A stretch of 44,070 nucleotides of DNA from Gaiellaceae bacterium (GTDB lineage Bacteria; Actinomycetota; Thermoleophilia; Gaiellales; Gaiellaceae): assembly GCA_036393535.1 (NCBI GenBank), contig DASWGR010000002.1, positions 1 through 44,070 on the forward strand, read 5' to 3'. The notes under the pieces are model-generated. The model made no database searches. It was not told the DNA's origin and was given only the letters and a program-made list of their open reading frames with translations. Numbering within the stretch: position 1 is the stretch's first letter; each line of letters begins with the position of its first letter. This document shows positions 1-11,044 of the stretch, piece after piece. The translations under genes and the position numbers were made by a program.

Positions 1-37
1 GCACGGAAGCCGTGACTCGCGCTCTGCAGCGTTTCTG

Positions 38-358
38 ATGTCCGACAAGGACTACTCGGGGACGCCGCTGGGCAAGAAGCTGGGCGCGAAGCCCGGCGTG
101 GAGGTGCTGGTGCTCTTCACGACAAGCCTCAAAGAGCTCAAGCGTCGCTTTCCGGCCCTGAAGAAGACGCTCGGGCCGGCCGACGGCCTCTGGGTCGCCT
201 GGCCGAAGAAAGCGTCCGAGGTCGAAACCGACCTCGATTTCCGGACGGTTCAGGAGATCGGTCTTGCCGCCGGCCTCGTCGACAACAAAAGCGCGGCGAT
301 CGATGGAGACTGGCAGGCCGTCCGCTTCGTCTACCGCAAGGACGATCGGCCTCGATAG
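38..358 (+). CDS. DUF3052-like small conserved protein
   Basis: 106-aa ORF with ATG start. The N-terminal 'YSGTPLGKKLGAKPG' and overall size and shape recall the actinobacterial DUF3052 family. GC3-rich codons in this frame. Confidence 0.55.
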   Translation: MSDKDYSGTPLGKKLGAKPGVEVLVLFTTSLKELKRRFPALKKTLGPADGLWVAWPKKASEVETDLDFRTVQEIGLAAGLVDNKSAAIDGDWQAVRFVYRKDDRPR

Positions 359-371
359 CATCGCCGGGGCC

Positions 372-1640
372 GTGAGTGCCTTCAACCTCGAACGCCTCGA
401 CAACGGGCTGCGCATCCTGACCGCGCCGATGGACTCGGCACAGTCGGTGACCTGCGCAATCATGCTCGCCGCCGGCTCGCGCTACGAGACGCCCGAGACG
501 AACGGCATCGCGCACTTCGCGGAGCACATGTTCTTCAAGGGGACGGAACGCAGGCCGACGGCCCGCGACATCTCCATGGAGATCGACGGCATCGGCGGCG
601 AGTTCAACGCGTTCACCGGCAAGGAATACACCGGGTACTACGTCAAATGCGCGGCAGAATCGCGCGACGTCGCGCTCGACGTGCTGGTGGACATGCTGCG
701 CCACTCGAAGTTCGCCCCGGACGAGATCGAACGCGAGAAGGGCGTGATCATCGAGGAGATGAACATGTACTTCGACACGCCGCGCGACTTCATCGGCGGC
801 GTGTACGAAGCGCTGCTCTACGACGACCAGCCGCTCGGCTGGGACATCATCGGCCGCAAGGAAACTATTCGCAGCGCGAAGCGCGACACGTTCGACGGCT
901 ACGTCGATCGCTGGTACAAGCCTTCCAGGATGGTGGTCGGGGTCGGCGGGAAGATCGGCGACGACCTGCACGAGCGGGTCCAGGAGCTGCTCGGCGACAT
1001 GGACGAGGCGCAGACGGGACACCCCGAGCCCGTCAAGGTTGATCCGCACGACCACGCGCACGTCAAGGTGCACACAAAGACTTCCGACCAGGCGCACATC
1101 TGCCTCGGCGTGCACAGCTATTCGCTCGAGCACCCCGATCGCTACGTGCTGCAGGTGCTTTCGACGATTCTGGGCGGCGGGATGTCGTCGCGCCTCTTCA
1201 CCGAAGTGCGCGAGCGCCGGGGCCTTGCCTACTACGTCTACGGTCTGAACCACAGTTACACGGATGCCGGCTCGCTGTACGCACAAGCCGGCGTCGACAT
1301 CAATCGTATCGACGACGCCGTCAGCACCATCGCGACCGAACTGCGCAAGGTCGCCGACGAGTCGGTACCGGCCGCCGAGCTCGAAAAGGCCAAGAGCTTT
1401 TCGAAAGGCCGGTTCGTCCTCCAGCTCGAGACGTCGCAGGGCCTGATCATGTTCGGACTGCGCCGCGAGGTACTGGAGAGTAGAACGCCGGATCCGGAAG
1501 AGATCCTCGCCGAGATCGACAAGGTGACCGCCGAGGACGTGAGCCGGGTCGCGGGCGACCTGATCGAGAAGCAGGGACTGAACCTCGCCGTGATCGGCCC
1601 GTTCGACGATCCGGACCGGTTCGAAAAGCTGCTCGCCTGA
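372..1640 (+). CDS. M16 family zinc peptidase (insulinase/pitrilysin-like)
   Basis: Inverted zincin motif HxxEH in 'HFAEHMFFKGT'. Typical M16 N-terminus 'LERLDNGLRILT'. The track ORF starts at 264 but overlaps the upstream gene. The in-frame GTG at 372 lies 13 nt after the upstream stop. Confidence 0.9.
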   Translation: MSAFNLERLDNGLRILTAPMDSAQSVTCAIMLAAGSRYETPETNGIAHFAEHMFFKGTERRPTARDISMEIDGIGGEFNAFTGKEYTGYYVKCAAESRDVALDVLVDMLRHSKFAPDEIEREKGVIIEEMNMYFDTPRDFIGGVYEALLYDDQPLGWDIIGRKETIRSAKRDTFDGYVDRWYKPSRMVVGVGGKIGDDLHERVQELLGDMDEAQTGHPEPVKVDPHDHAHVKVHTKTSDQAHICLGVHSYSLEHPDRYVLQVLSTILGGGMSSRLFTEVRERRGLAYYVYGLNHSYTDAGSLYAQAGVDINRIDDAVSTIATELRKVADESVPAAELEKAKSFSKGRFVLQLETSQGLIMFGLRREVLESRTPDPEEILAEIDKVTAEDVSRVAGDLIEKQGLNLAVIGPFDDPDRFEKLLA

Positions 1641-1642
1641 GA

Positions 1643-1963
1643 GTGCGGTATCTCATGGGCGCATGCTGTCTCGCGCTCGTGGCGGCCGGATGCGGCAGCA
1701 GCGGGAAGTCGTCGGCAACGACAACGGCGACTACCGGAATCAGGATCACGCTCACGGGCAAGTACCACTACCCGCCGAGGGTCATCGTCAGCTTCATGCG
1801 CAGTTGCACGCGGGGGAAGGAGGCCCGGCAGGAACTGTGCGCCTGTGTGATCGACAAGCTCTCTTACAGCGTGTCGAATCGAGACTTTGCCGGCGTGCTC
1901 GCTGGGAGAGCGGTTCAGCGAGTCAAGAGGGCGACCAGGCGCGCGACCGCCGCTTGCGCCTGA
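1643..1963 (+). CDS. small putative lipoprotein
   Basis: Signal peptide with lipobox 'LVAAGC' followed by a Ser/Thr-rich linker. Starts 2 nt after the M16 stop. No recognisable family. Confidence 0.5.
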   Translation: MRYLMGACCLALVAAGCGSSGKSSATTTATTGIRITLTGKYHYPPRVIVSFMRSCTRGKEARQELCACVIDKLSYSVSNRDFAGVLAGRAVQRVKRATRRATAACA

Positions 1964-1964
1964 C

Positions 1965-3913
<1,949 letters not shown>

Positions 3914-3917
<4 letters not shown>

Positions 3918-5071
3918 GGCGTGAGGTCGTAGGGATAGTCCGTGAGGACCTCGTAGCCGTCCTTCGTCACGAGCAGGAGGTCTTCGAGGCGCAGGCCGCC
4001 GTAGCCCGACCGGTACAGCCCCGGCTCGATCGTGACGACGTCGCCCGGAACGAGGTCGTGCCCGATCCGGCTCATCGAGGGCAGTTCGTGCACCTCGAGC
4101 CCCACGCCGTGGCCGAGGCCGTGGAAGAACCCGTCCTGCAGCACCTCACCGGGCTCCTTGTGGAGCTGCGTCTTGTAGCCGGCGCCGTGGAAGATCTCGC
4201 ACACCCCCTCGTAGAGCTCGCGGCCGTTGACGCCCGGCTTCACGCCGGCGGTGGACGTGTCGAGCGCCTCCTTCACGAGCCTGTGCCATTCCTTCACTTC
4301 GTCCGAAGGCTCACCGACGACGTAAGTGCGCGTCATGTCCGCGAAACACCCCGTCGCCTTGTCCCTGGGGAAGAGGTCGAACACGATCGGCTCGTTCGGC
4401 GCGATCTGGCCGGAGCCCATGTTGTGGCCGACCGCCGTCTGCGGCCCGTGCGACACGATCATGTCGCTGCCCTCGACCTCGTGGTCGGCGAAGACGTCCT
4501 CGATGACGCGCTTCAGCCGTTCGCAGGTGAGCGGCTCACCGTCTACTTCGAGACCCGCGCCGTTCGGCTGTGCCCGCCGCAGCAACTCGCGCGACGCGTC
4601 GAGCGCCGCTTCGCACGCGCGTTGCGCATTGCGTATCCCGCGCAGTTCGGTTTCGTTCTTCGAGCGGCGGCGGTCGTAGAAGAGGTCGCGGTCGACAACG
4701 AGCTCGATCCCGTTCGCACGGAGATGGTCAGCATGCCCGACCGGAAAGCTCTTGGGGACGATCGCGCGCTCGATCCCGAGGTGGCGGCAAGCTCGCACTG
4801 CGAGCTCGAGCGTGATCTCCCAGCCCTGCAGGCCCTGCGTGAAGAGCTCGTCGGAACCGAGCTCCTCGAGGGGGACGATCTCCAGTTCAGGCGCGTCCTC
4901 TCGAACTCGCGGAATCTCGAGGGAGTGGAGGATCACGATCCGCCGGCCCTCCTTCTCCGCGTAGAGGAAGGGATCCGGGATCGGTACCGGCACTTCGTGG
5001 CGCAGCTCCGGTGAACGAACCGTGTCGCCGTAGATCAGCACGTCGGGCACGGGGCGGATCCTAACGGCCAC
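3914..5071 (-). CDS. M24 family metallopeptidase (Xaa-Pro aminopeptidase/prolidase-like)
   Basis: 385 aa. Pita-bread fold metal ligand region 'HGLGHGVGLEVHE' and 'EPGLY...GGLRLED'. GTG start. 4-nt overlap with the acs start. Confidence 0.9.
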
Positions 5072-5075
5072 GTCT

Positions 5076-5090
5076 CAGGGACTGTCCCTG
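5076..5090. promoter_or_regulatory. perfect palindrome CAGGGAC-T-GTCCCTG in a divergent intergenic region (candidate operator)
   Basis: Read directly from the sequence. It lies in the 79-nt gap between the M24 peptidase (-) and amidohydrolase (+) starts. Confidence 0.25.
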
Positions 5091-5150
5091 GGTCGTGTCC
5101 AGATCAGCCTTGTCAACGAAGACAACGACCCGCTGCATAGACTCCAAAAC

Positions 5151-6305
5151 GTGGACGACGCGCTGCAGCGTGCCCAGAAGTTGATGGCCCAATGGGACGA
5201 CGAGCTGCGCAAGGAACTGCCCAAAGGGGCCGACATCTTCGATGCGCATACGCATCTCGGCACCGACATCGACGGCATGGTCGGGATCTACGAGGATCTC
5301 GAGCGCGGGATGGACAAGTACGGGATCTCCCGCTGTTTCATGTTCTGCCTGGACGAGCCCGACCGGCACCCCGGGTTCCGGGCCGGCAACGACAGGACGC
5401 TCGAGTTCGGCGAGCGCTCGAACGGCAGGATGATCCCCTTCGTCCGGCTGGATCTCGCAGAGGATCCGATCGGCGAAGCGACGCGGATGCTGGACCGGGG
5501 GGCCAAGGGGATCAAGCTCCACCCGCGCGCGCAGAAGTTCCTGCTGAACGACGAGCGCCTTTCCCCGATCTTCGAGCTCGCTGCCGACCGCAAGGTCCCG
5601 ATCCTGATCCACGGCGGCCGCGGCCTGCCGCCGATCGCGGACGACCTGGCGCGGGTCGTCGACCGTTATCCGGAGGCGCAATTGATCGTCGCGCACGCAG
5701 GAATCGCCGATCTCGCAGCCCTAGCAGACCGGCTCGGCGGCAAGGCAGGCATGTTCTTCGACACGTCGGTCTGGAGCCCGCTCGACCTGCTCGGCCTCTA
5801 CCGGCTCGTCGGGCCGGAGCAGGTCGTCTACGCGTCGGACTACCCGTACGGACAGCAGCCGGCGTCGCTGCTGATCTCACTGCGCACCGCGCGGCTCGCA
5901 CAGCTGAACGACGAACAGGTTCGCGGCGTGCTCGCCGGCAACGCCAATCGCATCGCGGACGGCAAGGCCCCACTCGAGCCCTCGGCGCCGAAGGGCACCG
6001 ACACCTTCTCGCAGCCGATGGCGCTCGCGCGCATCCACCAGTACCTCTCGATGGCGACGCCACTCCTCTGGACGAGACAGCAGGATCGAATCGGCGTGCT
6101 CGGCCTGGCGCTGAACGCCTGCGACGACCGGGCCAACGGGCACCGCCAGGAGCTCGATCAGATCAGGGAGCTCCTGACCGTCGCGCAGGACATGTGGTTG
6201 ACACTGCCGGAAGATGGGGACGAAAGGGACCGCATGGCACACACGCGCGCGACCTTCCGGCTCATCCACCTCGCCGACATCGTGGCGGTGACGACGCCTG
6301 CCTGA
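5151..6305 (+). CDS. amidohydrolase family protein (TIM-barrel metal-dependent hydrolase, Amidohydro_2-like)
   Basis: N-terminal metal-binding 'DAHTHLG', later 'ILIHGG' and 'VAHAG', then 'YASDYPY'. Carries a C-terminal extension of about 100 aa of unknown function. Its stop overlaps the next gene. Confidence 0.8.
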   Translation: MDDALQRAQKLMAQWDDELRKELPKGADIFDAHTHLGTDIDGMVGIYEDLERGMDKYGISRCFMFCLDEPDRHPGFRAGNDRTLEFGERSNGRMIPFVRLDLAEDPIGEATRMLDRGAKGIKLHPRAQKFLLNDERLSPIFELAADRKVPILIHGGRGLPPIADDLARVVDRYPEAQLIVAHAGIADLAALADRLGGKAGMFFDTSVWSPLDLLGLYRLVGPEQVVYASDYPYGQQPASLLISLRTARLAQLNDEQVRGVLAGNANRIADGKAPLEPSAPKGTDTFSQPMALARIHQYLSMATPLLWTRQQDRIGVLGLALNACDDRANGHRQELDQIRELLTVAQDMWLTLPEDGDERDRMAHTRATFRLIHLADIVAVTTPA

Positions 6306-6735
6306 GCTCCGCATCAACGGCGAGACGCACTCCTTCGACGCGCCGGTCGGCCGGTCGCTCGCGCAGGTGCTGCGCGACGACCTCGGCTTCACGGGCACCA
6401 AGGTCGCCTGCGGCGAAGGTCACTGCGGCGCCTGCACCGTGCAACTCGACGGCGTGCCCACGCTCTCGTGCATCACGCTCGTCCACACGGTCGGTACTCG
6501 CGAGGTGACGACGATCGAAGGGCTGCGCGACCATCCCCTCGTGGCTGCGTTCGTTCGCACCGACGCTGTGCAGTGCGGGTTCTGCACGCCCGGTCAGGTC
6601 GTTTCAGCCGCGGCGCTCGTCAAAACGAACCCGAGCCCATCCCAGGACGAGATCCGCCACGCGATGTCCGGCAATCTCTGCCGCTGCGGTACGTATCCGA
6701 AAATCGAGGAGGCCATCAGAACTTGGCAAGACTGA
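6298..6735 (+). CDS. xanthine dehydrogenase family (2Fe-2S)-binding small subunit
   Basis: 'CGEGHCGACTV' and 'CGFCTPG...CRCGTY' are the two [2Fe-2S] motifs of CoxS/XdhC-type subunits. The conserved N-terminal strand 'ELRINGETHSF' lies upstream of the first GTG (6367). The only start-like codon after the in-frame stop at 6289 is CTG 6298. Confidence 0.85.
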   Translation: MPELRINGETHSFDAPVGRSLAQVLRDDLGFTGTKVACGEGHCGACTVQLDGVPTLSCITLVHTVGTREVTTIEGLRDHPLVAAFVRTDAVQCGFCTPGQVVSAAALVKTNPSPSQDEIRHAMSGNLCRCGTYPKIEEAIRTWQD

Positions 6736-8987
6736 TCCGCACCGAGAAGGAAGTCGAAGGGCGCTACGAGGAAGTCTGGATCGTGGTCGACGAGGATGCG
6801 CTCGACCAGTGGCCTGCGGGACCTCTCACGACGGTGGGCCAGAAGGTGCCGCGTGTCGACGGGGCAATGCGGGTACGCGGCGAGGCGCTCTACACGGCCG
6901 ACGTGCAGCTGCCCGGAATGCTGCACACGGCGGTACTCCGTAGCCCTTACGCACGCGCACGTGTCACCTCAATTGACCTCGAGGCTGCGCGCAACGCGCC
7001 GGGCGTGCGTGCGGCGATCGGCCCAGCCGACCTTGACCAGCTCACCGACGAGCCTGCCTATGTCGGCCACGCAATAGCGGCGGTCGCAGCGGATACCTTC
7101 GGCCAGGCGCAAGCGGCTGTCGAGCGAATCGCAATCGAATGGGACGTGCTCGAGCCGCTGCTCGACCCCGACGAGGCAGTCCGGCAAGAGTCGTTCGTCT
7201 CGGACGTGGCCAAGTACGAGCGGGGAGACTTCGAGCGCGGGCTCGCAGAAGCAGACGTGGTCGTCGAAGCCGAGTACAGAACGCAGGTCGTTGTCCACAA
7301 CTCGATGGAGACGCATCAAGCGGCCTGTCACTGGGAGGACGACGGGATCACGATCTACATCTCAACCCAGTACATCTGGGGCATCCGTGCGTCGATGGCC
7401 GCGGCGCTCGGCCTCCCGCCCGACAAGGTGCGCGTCATCTGCCATGCGATGGGCGGTGGCTTCGGAGCCAAGAACAGCCCGGGCGACTACACGCCGATCG
7501 CCGCAGAGCTCGCGAAGAGGACGGGGCGGCCGGTCAGGTGCGCGCTCACTCGGCGTGAGGAGAACGTTGCCGCCGGCAACCGCAACGCAACTATCCAGAG
7601 GCTGACCGCAGCCGCGACGTCGGACGGCACGCTCGTCGCGCTCGGCGGTGACTTCGTCAATGCAGTCGGCTTCTCGGGCTGGTCGGCCACGACAGAAGGC
7701 CCGATGAAGATGCTCTATTCGTGCGACAACGTGCGCACGACGCAGTACCCGGCGAAGCTCAACCTGCCGCCGATGGCCGCCTTTCGAGCTCCGGGCTTCG
7801 TCGAGGGTACGTTCGCGCTGGAGTGCCTCCTCGACGAGCTTGCAGTGAAGCTCGGCATCGACCCACTCGAGCTGCGGCGTCGCAACTACGCCGACTCCGA
7901 CCGCACCGATGACCGTCCGTTCTCATCGAAGAACCTCGCTGAGTGTTATCGCCGCGCGGAGCCGCACTGGGCAAAGCGCGACGAGGTTCGCGCACGCAGC
8001 CAAGGACCCTGGAAACACGGCATCGGTCTCGCGTCGCAGATCTGGTACGGAGGCGGCGGGCCGCCTTCGTACGCGTGGATCCGCGTCGGCTCCGACGGAC
8101 GCGCACAGGTCGTCACGGCGATGCAGGACATCGGCACAGGAACGCGCACCGCGATGGCGCAGATCGCTGCGGAGGAGCTCGGGGTTCCTCTGGAGCACGT
8201 GCAGGTCTCACTCGGCGACTCGGCGCGCGGACCGTTCGCGTCCATCTCCGCAGGCTCGTCGACCGTTCCGTCGATGGGGCCGGCGGTGCGCTCGGCCGCC
8301 GCGGACGCCAAGCGTCAGATCATCGAGATCGCGGCGCAGCGGTTCCATCTCGAAGAGCGCGTGCTCGATCTTCGGGACGGCCAGATCGTGTCCGCTGACG
8401 GCGGCTCCTGGCCGCTCACCGAGGTCACGGGCCTGCTCGAGAGCGGTCAGATCCTGGGCAAGGGAGCACGAGGACCGAATCCGGCCGGCATGCAGGTCCT
8501 GACTTTCGGCGTCCAGGTGGCGGAGGTCGCCGTGGACGTCGAGACCGGAGAGGTGCGCGTCGACAAGATCGTCGCGATCCATGACGTCGGCCGCGTGATC
8601 AACGCGCTCGGCGCCGAAAGCCAGGTTGAGGGCGGGATCATCCAGGGCATCGGTCACACGCTGTCGGAGGAGCGCATCGTCGATCCGTCGACGGGCTCGA
8701 TCCTCACACGCACGCTCGACGCCTACCGAATGCCCACGATCGCCGATGTCCCCGAGATCGTCACGGACCTCGTCGACGTGCCGGATCCGCACCTGACGAA
8801 CCTCGGCTCGAAGGGTCTCGGCGAGCCGCCGATCATCCCGGTTGCAGCCGCGATCGCAAACGCCGTTCGAGATGCGACCGGCGCGGAGATTCGCTCGCTG
8901 CCGATCACCCGCGAAGAGATGTTGCGCGCACTGCGCGAGGAGCGGGCCCGCGAGAAGGAGCGCAGTGGAGCTCCTGCGGCCGTCTAG
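6723..8987 (+). CDS. xanthine dehydrogenase family molybdopterin-binding large subunit
   Basis: About 754 aa from TTG 6723, preceded by GAGGAGG at 6706-6712. Motifs 'GGGFGAK' and 'AAFRAPGF' (XDH/aldehyde-oxidoreductase type, not the CODH AYXCSFR loop), and C-terminal 'GLGEPP'. Confidence 0.9.
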   Translation: MARLIRTEKEVEGRYEEVWIVVDEDALDQWPAGPLTTVGQKVPRVDGAMRVRGEALYTADVQLPGMLHTAVLRSPYARARVTSIDLEAARNAPGVRAAIGPADLDQLTDEPAYVGHAIAAVAADTFGQAQAAVERIAIEWDVLEPLLDPDEAVRQESFVSDVAKYERGDFERGLAEADVVVEAEYRTQVVVHNSMETHQAACHWEDDGITIYISTQYIWGIRASMAAALGLPPDKVRVICHAMGGGFGAKNSPGDYTPIAAELAKRTGRPVRCALTRREENVAAGNRNATIQRLTAAATSDGTLVALGGDFVNAVGFSGWSATTEGPMKMLYSCDNVRTTQYPAKLNLPPMAAFRAPGFVEGTFALECLLDELAVKLGIDPLELRRRNYADSDRTDDRPFSSKNLAECYRRAEPHWAKRDEVRARSQGPWKHGIGLASQIWYGGGGPPSYAWIRVGSDGRAQVVTAMQDIGTGTRTAMAQIAAEELGVPLEHVQVSLGDSARGPFASISAGSSTVPSMGPAVRSAAADAKRQIIEIAAQRFHLEERVLDLRDGQIVSADGGSWPLTEVTGLLESGQILGKGARGPNPAGMQVLTFGVQVAEVAVDVETGEVRVDKIVAIHDVGRVINALGAESQVEGGIIQGIGHTLSEERIVDPSTGSILTRTLDAYRMPTIADVPEIVTDLVDVPDPHLTNLGSKGLGEPPIIPVAAAIANAVRDATGAEIRSLPITREEMLRALREERAREKERSGAPAAV

Positions 8988-9834
8988 TCCCGAAGAAGCA
9001 ACCCGCGCGCTCGGCAACGGCTCGCGGGCGCTCGCGGGTGGAACGGAGCTCGTCCCGCTCATGCGGGACGGCCTTGTGCGCGCCGACACGCTCGTGTACA
9101 TCAGCGAGGTCGTCCCGCGGGGAATCGACGGCACGCGCATCGGCGCGGGTACGACACTGGCCGAGCTCGAGGCCGATCCACAAATCCCGCAGGCGCTGCG
9201 CGAAGCGTGCACGCAGGCGGCTTCGCCGCAGCTGCGCTCGATGGGGACGATCGGCGGCAATCTCCTGCAGGCGACGCGCTGCTGGTACTGGCGACTGGGC
9301 TTCGATTGCTGGCTGCACGGCGGCGAGAAGTGTTTCGCGAGGGACGGGGCGCAGCGCGAGCACGCGATCTTCGGCAACAAGCAGTGCGCGTCCGCTCACC
9401 CGTCCGACCTCGCGGCGGCGCTGCTCGCGCTCGGCGCCACCCTGCACACGACGCAGCGCGAGCTTTCGGTCGCGGATCTCTACCGGCTGCCGACCGACGA
9501 CAACCGCAACGTCACGACGCTCGCGCCCGACGAGTTGATCCTCGAGCTCGACGTTCCGTCGCCGGACGCCTCGATCTACCTCAAGGCGATGGACCGGCGG
9601 AAGTGGGCGTTCCCGATTGTCGGCGTTGCCGCCGCGCGCTTCGACGGCGAGGTTCGAATTGCCCTCGCCGGGGTGGCTCCGATTCCCTGGACACTCGACT
9701 CGACCGCGGCACTCGACGAGGCCACGCCTCTTCCCGGCACGGCCTATAAGGCCGAGATCGCCCGCGCCCTCGTTCGCCGTGCGCACGACGCCGTAAAGTC
9801 CGCCTCTGACGCCGCAAAGTCCGGCTCGCGCTAA
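8965..9834 (+). CDS. xanthine dehydrogenase family FAD-binding medium subunit
   Basis: 289 aa from GTG 8965 (RBS GAGAAGGAG 8952-8960), overlapping the large-subunit end. 'LAGGTELVPLM' and 'ASPQLRSMGTIGGNL' are typical of the CoxM/FAD_binding_5 domain. Confidence 0.88.
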   Translation: MELLRPSSPEEATRALGNGSRALAGGTELVPLMRDGLVRADTLVYISEVVPRGIDGTRIGAGTTLAELEADPQIPQALREACTQAASPQLRSMGTIGGNLLQATRCWYWRLGFDCWLHGGEKCFARDGAQREHAIFGNKQCASAHPSDLAAALLALGATLHTTQRELSVADLYRLPTDDNRNVTTLAPDELILELDVPSPDASIYLKAMDRRKWAFPIVGVAAARFDGEVRIALAGVAPIPWTLDSTAALDEATPLPGTAYKAEIARALVRRAHDAVKSASDAAKSGSR

Positions 9835-9843
9835 GCGCGAGCC

Positions 9844-10524
9844 ATGATGACTTTGCGGCGACGCATCTCTCTGGGCGCTGGGAAGCCACGGCGGGCACAG
9901 CCCGCCGTGGCGGTCGCAGTGAGCCTCGCGGTTTGCACGCTCGTGGCCTGTGGCGGCGACAAGGCCGGTACACCAACGGCCGGTACGCAGACGGCCGCGG
10001 CGCCTTGCCCTACGACCGGCAAGCAGGTGACGTTCCCGCTGCTCGACAAGTCGAAGACCTACACGGTCGACGTGCGTACGAACTTCGGCGCCTTCGACAT
10101 TCGCCTGGACGTAGCGGACTCGCCGTGTACGACCTCGTCGTTCGCCGCGCTGGTGCGGAAGCGGTTCTTCGACGGCACGACGTTCCACCGGATCGTGCCG
10201 GGCTTCGTCATCCAGGGCGGAGATCCGACAGCGACGGGTCAGGGCGGGCCGGGCTACAGCGTCCGGGACGTCCCGCCGCGCGACTCGCGCTACACGGAGG
10301 GCGTCGTAGCAATGGCCAAGACCGCGGCGGAGCCGCCCGGAACCTCCGGAAGCCAGTTCTTCGTGGTCACGGCCGTGGACGCAGGCCTGCCGCCCGAGTA
10401 CGCAATCCTCGGCGTCGTCACCAAGGGGTTGCGCGTGGTCGAGAAGATCGGCCGGCTGGGAAATCCGGTGAACGAAAGGCCAACCCGGCGGGTCGTGGTC
10501 CAGCACATGGTCGTCACGCCGTAG
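9844..10524 (+). CDS. cyclophilin-type peptidyl-prolyl cis-trans isomerase, lipoprotein/secreted
   Basis: 'FHRIVPGFVIQGGDPTATGQGGPGY' and 'GSQFFV' cyclophilin signatures. N-terminal signal peptide with 'LVACGG' lipobox. Confidence 0.92.
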   Translation: MMTLRRRISLGAGKPRRAQPAVAVAVSLAVCTLVACGGDKAGTPTAGTQTAAAPCPTTGKQVTFPLLDKSKTYTVDVRTNFGAFDIRLDVADSPCTTSSFAALVRKRFFDGTTFHRIVPGFVIQGGDPTATGQGGPGYSVRDVPPRDSRYTEGVVAMAKTAAEPPGTSGSQFFVVTAVDAGLPPEYAILGVVTKGLRVVEKIGRLGNPVNERPTRRVVVQHMVVTP

Positions 10525-10533
10525 CCTGAAGAC

Positions 10534-11037
10534 ATGATTTCCGCAGTCGTGCTCGCGGCAGGAGCATCGACACGCTTCGGCTCGCCGAAACAAGCAGTCC
10601 TGCTCGAACCCGTCCTGGAACGGGTGCGCGGCAGCGCCTCGATCGACGACGTCCTCGTCGTGCTCGGTGCCCACGATGTCGAGACGCGTGAACGTTCCGT
10701 GCGCTGCCCGGACTGGGAGCGCGGACCGGGTGCCTCGCTTCGGTGCGGCCTCGCCGCGCTCGGCGATGAGGTCGAGGCGGCCGTCGTCATCCTCGGCGAC
10801 GGGCCGAAGCTCGACCCGCGTGCAATCGATCGCGTGGTGGCTGCGTGGAGGGAGGAACGGGCCGACCGCCTCGCGGCCACTTACGGCGGGGTTCGCCTAC
10901 ATCCCCTGCTGCTCGCGCGCGGCGTCTGGGGCGAGGTGCCCGACGCGGGTCTGCGGGCTCTGCCTGCTCAGCTCGTGCCCTGCGACGACCTCGACCCTCC
11001 AGGAGACGTCGACTTTGCCGATGATCTGACTCGGTGA
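10534..11037 (+). CDS. MobA/MocA-like nucleotidyltransferase (molybdenum cofactor cytidylyltransferase-like)
   Basis: N-terminal 'AVVLAAGASTRFGSPK' NTP_transf_3 motif and 'ILGDGP'. Lies directly downstream of the XDH-family operon. Confidence 0.75.
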   Translation: MISAVVLAAGASTRFGSPKQAVLLEPVLERVRGSASIDDVLVVLGAHDVETRERSVRCPDWERGPGASLRCGLAALGDEVEAAVVILGDGPKLDPRAIDRVVAAWREERADRLAATYGGVRLHPLLLARGVWGEVPDAGLRALPAQLVPCDDLDPPGDVDFADDLTR

Positions 11038-11044
11038 AGGAAGG

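Noticed and set aside
138-1286. 382-aa ORF antisense to the M16 peptidase gene
   Set aside because: Arg/Val/His-rich and low in complexity, with no motif. It lies fully within a gene that has clear homology on the other strand. This is the typical shadow ORF of high-GC DNA.
6289-6305. Programmed +1 frameshift fusing the amidohydrolase to the 2Fe-2S subunit
   Set aside because: There is no slippery or shift-prone sequence of a known type at CCT GCC TGA. CTG initiation, re-initiation or an assembly error is more parsimonious. It is still flagged as a finding for checking.
5192-6508. 438-aa plus-strand ORF overlapping the amidohydrolase in another frame
   Set aside because: Extremely Arg/Pro/Gly/Ala-rich. 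The alternative frame encodes a recognisable amidohydrolase, and GC3 bias favours that frame.
8208-10674. Two long minus-strand ORFs (8208-9380, 390 aa; 8905-10674, 589 aa)
   Set aside because: They are antisense to the XDH large and FAD subunits, the cyclophilin and the MocA-like gene, all of which have strong motifs. Composition is Arg-rich junk.
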